The notes under the pieces are model-generated. The model had not been told where the DNA came from. It did not search any database and was given only the letters and a program-made list of their open reading frames with translations. The position numbers and the translations under genes are program-made. From contig OZ024742.1 of NCBI GenBank assembly GCA_964016885.1, positions 187,798,001 through 187,862,000 on the forward strand: a stretch of DNA of 64,000 bases, read 5' to 3'. Source of the DNA: Eledone cirrhosa (Eukaryota). Shown one piece after another: positions 55,320 to 64,000 of the stretch (positions are counted from its first letter, which is position 1; each line of letters begins with the position of its first letter).

Positions 55320-55446
55320 AAGTTTTAATATAGATGAGATTCTACAGGACTAGAACTGTTTCATTCATTAGAAATCATCAGGAATTCCTGATGATTTCTA
55401 ATGAATGAAACAGTTCTAGTCCTGTAGAATCTCATCTATATTAAAA

Positions 55447-55449
<3 letters not shown>
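55320..55449. repeat. 130-bp perfect spacerless palindrome carrying a hammerhead core on each strand (copy at 60213-60342)
   Basis: Centred on GGAATTCC; each arm reads CTGATGA T TTC-TAAT-GAA T GAAA CAGT T CTAG. Confidence 0.95.
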
Positions 55450-55477
<28 letters not shown>

Positions 55478-55483
<6 letters not shown>

Positions 55484-55775
55484 GAATAAACAAGATAGAT
55501 TAACACTAATATACACATACATGTGTTCGAATAGTAAGGACCACATTTGCTACGGTGAACAAATAATAACTACAGCAAAATGTTGTTATCAGGGGTTTTG
55601 CCCAACATAGGACTGTTATTTTTCTTTATTTTTTTTAAATTTAATATTTAAATTTGAGGTAAACAAACCATATTACTGTAGTTATTATTTTTTCACCCTA
55701 ACAAATTTGCTCCTTACGATTCGAACACATGTATGTGTATAGTAGTGTTCATCTCTCTTATTTATTCAATTATAT
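55478..55775. repeat. Diverged inverted repeat with about 110-bp arms (copy about 60370-60667)
   Basis: ATACACATACATGTGTTCGAAT / ATTCGAACACATGTATGTGTAT and AAATAATAACTACAG / CTGTAGTTATTATTT. Confidence 0.85.
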
Positions 55776-55860
55776 TGTACGGCTCGGAAAAGCTTTCTTT
55801 CTTAGAGCTATTTAATTGTAAGAGACTACACTTCTGAGTTCTTAACTCAATATATATATA

Positions 55861-55936
<76 letters not shown>

Positions 55937-56320
55937 ATAATAATAATAATATAGTTTCAAAAGATCCCGTTAAGGGTGAAAGCAGCGATTCTTTGCATAC
56001 ACTTTAATCTGGTATTTTAATAAATATATATATATATATGGATACACACATAGACCCACTCCTTGTATCAATACAGTGTTAATACATTTATATATCGATA
56101 TCTATATACACTCACACACAAACATATGTATGCGTATTGTTATCTTTATATGTATATATATGTGTGCATATATGTGTGTTCTTTTATGTATGTATATATG
56201 TATATATGTCTTATTTTATGTATATGTCTATATGTATGTGTATATTTATATATATATATGTATGTGTATATTCATATATATATGTATATGTGAGTATATT
56301 TATGTATATACATGTGTGAA

Positions 56321-56391
<71 letters not shown>

Positions 56392-56599
56392 CTATGTGTG
56401 TGTGTGTGTGTATGTCGATATATCTGTCGTATAAGTGTTATGATTGTTTTTACACAAGTTATATTCCCAGTGGGGCTGCATGTCATTCATTATGGTTCAA
56501 CTAGTCAGTGTCATGTTCCCATAGTTTTTTATGTTTATGTTCTAATTCTGCAGCCCAACATTGACTCGATAGGAGTAACTCATACACACGCACGCATAT

Positions 56600-56666
<67 letters not shown>

Positions 56667-57239
56667 GCATGTCTCTCAGACATGACACCCTTAATTTTAC
56701 TTTGTATATATATATATATATAGAGATAAATGGAAAAAATGAAACGAAATTTCGTTTCTCACTCTTAGTACGGCTGTTACTTAAATATAAGTATGTATAC
56801 GTACATACGTATATGTATACAGACGTACAGTAGTATGTATATATATATACATACATGTACACATATATATATGTACATTTATTTTAATGCTCTGTTTGTT
56901 TGTAAACAAACAGCCCGAATTAAGCCGTACAGTGTTTAGCAACTATCGTTGCCCTTTTTTTGAACACTGTCAAAGGAACGATGTACTAGTTTCAAGCTTA
57001 TTAGCTATCCTGAGCACCATATACCTTCCTGCGAGATGATTGAACGTCTGAAAGTAGACACTTTCCTTATCCATATTAACGGCTGTAGCCTAATTTACAT
57101 ATCGAGTGTGTTAATCGGCCTGGCGCACCGAAAACGATAAATGGAAAAAATGAAACGAAATTTCATTTCTCACTCTTAGTACGGTTGTTACTTAAATGTA
57201 AGTATATATACGTACATAAATGTACGTATGTATACAGAC

Positions 57240-57293
<54 letters not shown>

Positions 57294-58362
57294 ATAATAA
57301 TAAATTTGAAGACTAAAATCCAAAGATGGCTCGATAAGGATAAATATATATCAAATATATGAGAACCGTAGAGCAAATATTTTTTAAAATAACAGATTAA
57401 AGTTTAAGCAAAGAATCGCTGCTTTCACCCTTAACGGGATCTTCTGAAACTAACAAAGTCAATCTGTAAACGCAGAAGTGGATATTTCAAAAAACGTTGC
57501 AACCGAAGGAATACAGGAAGACGATATTTGGTTCGTGGACACGTTCCCTGGCAAAGAACGGGAAAAAACAAATATAATACGTCATTAATAGGAGCGGTGA
57601 AAAACAATTACACGGAAAGACAGAACCACGTTTGTGGTATAAAAGAAGTCGTACACTAATGTTCTCGTAGGTGGTTCATAGAGACGTTCTCTGGCAATGA
57701 ACGAAAAAAAAACCGAAGATAATACGTCATATATCGATCGTGGAGAACGCAAAGACAAAACCACGTAAATGGTATAGCTGAAGTCGGAAACCGAATGATT
57801 CTCCGCTTCAGAGTTAAGAATAAAGTAAATAAAATACAATACAGAGGTAATTGAAATTAAATAAATACATACACGCATCCAAATACGTACTTACACAAGC
57901 ATACGCGAAAACACTCGCCATAGGTATACAAAACCACGCACATATACATATGTGTATGTGTGCGTGTATACAAATAAATAAGTAATTAAATAAACGTATA
58001 TAAATAAATAAATACGTATATAACAAGCGCACACACATACCTACATGTAAATACACAAATGATCGGAGACTACGTCAACCAAAACATGAAGTACACATAT
58101 ACACACACCCAACATACGTACAAACCCGCATACTCACACAGACGCAAAACTCCCGTATACACATAACCGAAAGCATATGTACCAGAATATATAAAAATAT
58201 ACGCCATAACATATACAATCAAATATACGTACGAGAAAGTATACGTACCTTCACAAAACATACAGGTAATATATACTTACCTATGCAAATATGTAATGGT
58301 ATAAACATAACATATACTTAGCTACCACACCAAGGCGTAACATATCTACGTATAGATCGTAC

Positions 58363-59343
58363 TATCCGTTAGGGTATAATGTGGGGCTGTAATACAGGAA
58401 AGTTATGTGCAATTTATGTTTACAAGCCGAAATTGCCTCAGATTTTTTTGTTTAAGATGTCGTCTGTGGCGTAGAGTATTTCCAGGGCCTCAGCTGCGCA
58501 GAGGTCACATGGTCTTTTATTTTCGTTATACGATCTAGCCCTAGCTAGGATCTCCCAATGTAACTTATATTGGGTATGGTTGTCTTTTAGACTCCAGATA
58601 TGAGCTGAAAGTGACGTCAGATTCCTTCTTAGAGGGTAACGAAAAGAATGGGTATGCATGTAAAGACGCTGCTTGAATATATTGGCGGTTAACCCTATGT
58701 AGGCCCGGCGGGACGTGGGTGTTTCAACCTTACATTTGTAGACAATGTTACTAGAGAGACATATCCCGGATAGGGGGCAATCAACCTGATTCCTACAATT
58801 ACAGTTAGTACTAACTACATGGTTGCACGTGTTCCTACTGCTAGGTAATTTAGCTAAATTTGAAGCTGTGATGTTATGTGCAAGGTTAGGAGTCGTAGAG
58901 TAAGACATTTTAATGGTGTTTCTATTAAAAATGTAACTATATTTATGTGTAGGGGGAAAATGCTTCATAATAAGGGATAGAAATATCTTCGCTAATGGTG
59001 TGGCCACCTCGATATTATATGGTGGGTTATACCATATAATGCGACGAGATCTATTTCTTCTAGGTCTATTCTCGTACTGTGTATATGCTACCTTATCGAG
59101 AAATCCACTCCGAGTAAGAGCTTAATTATAATAAGTGGAATGGTCGTTGAAAATATGCTCGTTAGTAGATAGACGGGAAAGCCTCAAAGAAACGTTTCTT
59201 ACCAGGTTCTTGGTTTTGCTGGCAGGATGGTTGGAATGCTTACTTATGCAATTAAGCGTATCATTCGGCTTTCTATACGGGTAATTCAAGCCATTATATA
59301 CATTGAGAGTAACGTCTATGTAATTAACGACCGAGAGGTTGCC
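58363..59343 (-). pseudogene. Naiad-like PLE ORF, array copy 2
   Basis: Translation identical to copy 1. Confidence 0.93.
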
Positions 59344-59878
59344 CTATGTATTTGGATGCGTGTATGTATTTATTTAATTTCAATTACCTCTGTATTGTAT
59401 TTTATTTACTTTATTCTTAACTCTGAAGCGGAGAATCATTCGGTTTCCTAGTTAGAATTTTAGTGTACGACTTCAGCTATACCATTTACGTGGTTTTGTT
59501 TTTGCGTGCAATTGTTCTCCACGCGCCACATATGACGTATTATCTTCGTTTTTTTCCGTTCATTGCCAGAGAACGTCTCTATGAACCACCTAAGAGAACA
59601 TTAGTTTACGACTTCTTTTATACCATAAACGTGGTTCTGTCTTTGCGTGTAATTGTTTTTCGCCGCTCCTATTAATGACGTATTACATTTGTTTTGTCCC
59701 GTTCTTTGCCAGGGAACGTTTCCACGAACCAAAGTACCGTCTTCCTGTCTTCCTCCGGTTGCAATTTCTTTTGAAATATCCACTTCTGCGTTTAAAGATT
59801 GACTTGGATAGTTTCAGAAGATCCCGTTAAGGGTGAAAGCAGCGATTCTTTGATTAAACTGTAATCTGTTATTTTAAT

Positions 59879-59914
<36 letters not shown>

Positions 59915-60097
59915 CGAAGGAAATGTGGTAAGGAACCAGATGGACATATATATATAAGGAACCAGATGAATATATATATATATAACCAAAGATTAATATG
60001 GTTCATTGATTACTCAATGAATATAATTTTATAATACATTAATAGCACTCTACAACGAAGTTTTCTTGAGTTAATGTCTTCATTTATTAATATTCTG

Positions 60098-60147
<50 letters not shown>

Positions 60148-60339
60148 GTTATTCCGGGTTGAATCGGAGGTAACCACAGTAAGTAAGGTACTCAATACAT
60201 AGCAGAGTATAAAAGTTTTAATATAGATGAGATTCTACAGGACTAGAACTGTTTCATTCATTAGAAATCATCAGGAATTCCTGATGATTTCTAATGAATG
60301 AAACAGTTCTAGTCCTGTAGAATCTCATCTATATTAAAA

Positions 60340-60376
<37 letters not shown>

Positions 60377-60755
60377 GAATAAACAAGATAGATTAACACT
60401 AATATACACATACATGTGTTCGAATAGTAAGGACCACATTTGCTACGGTGAACAAATAATAACTACAGCAAAATGTTGTTATCAGGGGTTTTGCCCAACA
60501 TAGGACTGTTATTTTTCTTTATTTTTTTTAAATTTAATATTTAAATTTGAGGTAAACAAACCATATTACTGTAGTTATTATTTTTTCACCCTAACAAATT
60601 TGCTCCTTACGATTCGAACACATGTATGTGTATAGTAGTGTTCATCTCTCTTATTTATTCAATTATATTGTACGGCTCGGAAAAGCTTTCTTTCTTAGAG
60701 CTATTTAATTGTAAGAGACTACACTTCTGAGTTCTTAACTCAATATATATATATC

Positions 60756-60807
<52 letters not shown>

Positions 60808-61191
60808 ATAATAATAATAATATAGTTTCAAAAGATCCCGTTAAGGGTGAAAGCAGCGATTCTTTGCATACACTTTAATCTGGTATTTTAATAAATATAT
60901 ATATATATATGGATACACACATAGACCCACTCCTTGTATCAATACAGTGTTAATACATTTATATATCGATATCTATATACACTCACACACAAACATATGT
61001 ATGCGTATTGTTATCTTTATATGTATATATATGTGTGCATATATGTGTGTTCTTTTATGTATGTATATATGTATATATGTCTTATTTTATGTATATGTCT
61101 ATATGTATGTGTATATTTATATATATATATGTATGTGTATATTCATATATATATGTATATGTGAGTATATTTATGTATATACATGTGTGAA

Positions 61192-61257
<66 letters not shown>

Positions 61258-61468
61258 CGTCTATGTGTGTGTGTGTGTGTATGTCGATATATCTGTCGTA
61301 TAAGTGTTATGATTGTTTTTACACAAGTTATATTCCCAGTGGGGCTGCATGTCATTCATTATGGTTCAACTAGTCAGTGTCATGTTCCCATAGTTTTTTA
61401 TGTTTATGTTCTAATTCTGCAGCCCAACATTGACTCGATAGGAGTAACTCATACACACGCACGCATAT

Positions 61469-61547
<79 letters not shown>

Positions 61548-62120
61548 GCATGTCTCTCAGACATGACACCCTTAATTTTACTTTGTATATATATATATAT
61601 ATAGAGATAAATGGAAAAAATGAAACGAAATTTCGTTTCTCACTCTTAGTACGGCTGTTACTTAAATATAAGTATGTATACGTACATACGTATATGTATA
61701 CAGACGTACAGTAGTATGTATATATATATACATACATGTACACATATATATATGTACATTTATTTTAATGCTCTGTTTGTTTGTAAACAAACAGCCCGAA
61801 TTAAGCCGTACAGTGTTTAGCAACTATCGTTGCCCTTTTTTTGAACACTGTCAAAGGAACGATGTACTAGTTTCAAGCTTATTAGCTATCCTGAGCACCA
61901 TATACCTTCCTGCGAGATGATTGAACGTCTGAAAGTAGACACTTTCCTTATCCATATTAACGGCTGTAGCCTAATTTACATATCGAGTGTGTTAATCGGC
62001 CTGGCGCACCGAAAACGATAAATGGAAAAAATGAAACGAAATTTCATTTCTCACTCTTAGTACGGTTGTTACTTAAATGTAAGTATATATACGTACATAA
62101 ATGTACGTATGTATACAGAC

Positions 62121-62186
<66 letters not shown>

Positions 62187-63255
62187 ATAATAATAAATTT
62201 GAAGACTAAAATCCAAAGATGACTCGATAAGGATAAATATATATCAAATATATGAGAACCGTAGAGCAAATATTTTTTAAAATAACAGATTAAAGTTTAA
62301 GCAAAGAATCGCTGCTTTCACCCTTAACGGGATCTTCTGAAACTAACAAAGTCAATCTGTAAACGCAGAAGTGGATATTTCAAAAAACGTTGCAACCGAA
62401 GGAATACAGGAAGACGATATTTGGTTCGTGGACACGTTCCCTGGCAAAGAACGGGAAAAAACAAATATAATACGTCATTAATAGGAGCGGTGAAAAACAA
62501 TTACACGGAAAGACAGAACCACGTCTGTGGTATGAAAGAAGTCGTACACTAATGTTCTCGTAGGTGGTTCATAGAGACGTTCTCTGGCAATGAACGAAAA
62601 AAAAACCGAAGATAATACGTCATATATCGATCGTGGAGAACGCAAAGACAAAACCACGTAAATGGTATAGCTGAAGTCGGAAACCGAATGATTCTCCGCT
62701 TCAGAGTTAAGAATAAAGTAAATAAAATACAATACAGAGGTAATTGAAATTAAATAAATACATACACGCATCCAAATACGTACTTACACAAGCATACGCG
62801 AAAACACTCGCCATAGGTATACAAAACCACGCACATATACATATGTGTATGTGTGCGTGTATACAAATAAATAAGTAATTAAATAAACGTATATAAATAA
62901 ATAAATACGTATATAACAAGCGCACACACATACCTACATGTAAATACACACATGATCGGAGACTACGTCAACCAAAACATGAAGTACACATATACACACA
63001 CCCAACATACGTACAAACCCGCATACTCACACAGACGCAAAACTCCCGTATACACATAACCGAAAGCATATGTACCAGAATATATAAAAATATACGCCAT
63101 AACATATACAATCAAATATACGTACGAGAAAGTATACGTACCTTCACAAAACATACAGGTAATATATACTTACCTATGCAAATATGTAATGGTATAAACA
63201 TAACATATACTTAGCTACCACACCAAGGCGTAACATATCTACGTATAGATCGTAC

Positions 63256-64000
63256 TATCCGTTAGGGTATAATGTGGGGCTGTAATACAGGAAAGTTATG
63301 TGCAATTTATGTTTACAAGCCGAAATTGCCTCAGATTTTTTTGTTTAAGATGTCGTCTGTGGCGTAGAGTATTTCCAGGGCCTCAGCTGCGCAGAGGTCA
63401 CATGGTCTTTTATTTTCGTTATACGATCTAGCCCTAGCTAGGATCTCCCAATGTAACTTATATTGGGTATGGTTGTCTTTTAGACTCCAGATATGAGCTG
63501 AAAGTGACGTCAGATTCCTTCTTAGAGGGTAACGAAAAGAATGGGTATGCATGTAAAGACGCTGCTTGAATATATTGGCGGTTAACCCTATGTAGGCCCG
63601 ACGGGACGTGGGTGTTTCAACCTTACATTTGTAGACAATGTTACTAGAGAGACATATCCCGGATAGGGGGCAATCAACCTGATTCCTACAATTACAGTTA
63701 GTACTAACTACAGGGTTGCACGTGTTCCTACTGCTAGGTAATTTAGCTAAATTTGAAGCTGTGATGTTATGTGCAAGGTTAGGAGTCGTAGAGTAAGACA
63801 TTTTAATGGTGTTTCTATTAAAAATGTAACTATATTTATGTGTAGGGGGAAAATGCTTCATAATAAGGGATAGAAATATCTTCGCTAATGGTGTGGCCAC
63901 CTCGATATTATATGGTGGGTTATACCATATAATGCGACGAGATCTATTTCTTCTAGGTCTATTCTCGTACTGTGTATATGCTACCTTATCGAGAAATCCA
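63256..64000 (-). pseudogene. Naiad-like PLE ORF, array copy 3 (cut by window end)
   Basis: Same translation with one H-to-P change. Confidence 0.92.

Larger units (their letters stand above)
52075..64000. repeat. Head-to-tail tandem array, 4893-bp unit, at least 2.4 copies, running off the window
   Basis: Matching ORFs at 53545/58438/63331 and 52692/57585/62478; palindromes at 55320/60213; only a few SNPs and (TA)n length changes between copies. Confidence 0.97.

Overview
AT-rich, microsatellite-laden eukaryotic non-coding DNA. It is most likely from an octopus or other cephalopod, inferred from the SINE families and (TA)n density. I found no supportable host protein-coding gene, tRNA or rRNA; almost all ORFs in the track are translations of (TA)n, (CA)n or (GA)n. 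The window holds these transposable elements: (1) three Penelope-like retroelement (PLE) families with RT and GIY-YIG domains: a 5'-truncated Neptune-like copy at 8.4-9.9 kb, a decayed full-length Naiad-like copy with direct pLTRs at 47.5-51.1 kb, and a 5'-truncated Naiad-like copy with an inverted pLTR, amplified in a 4893-bp tandem array from 52 kb to the window end; (2) four non-autonomous Helitrons; (3) a young tRNA-type SINE family with TSDs that begin ATTAT, plus older Meta/Ceph/CORE-type SINEs; (4) RTE and CRE LINE remnants. The most notable layer the ORF track misses is a set of type I hammerhead ribozyme (HHR) motifs in the PLE repeats and in small fold-back cassettes inside (TA)n tracts. 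Four otherwise unrelated families share an atypical signature: a U.U mismatch at positions 10.1/11.1 together with an NUU cleavage triplet. One of them also has a CAGAAGA core, and another has a roughly 65-nt insert on stem II.
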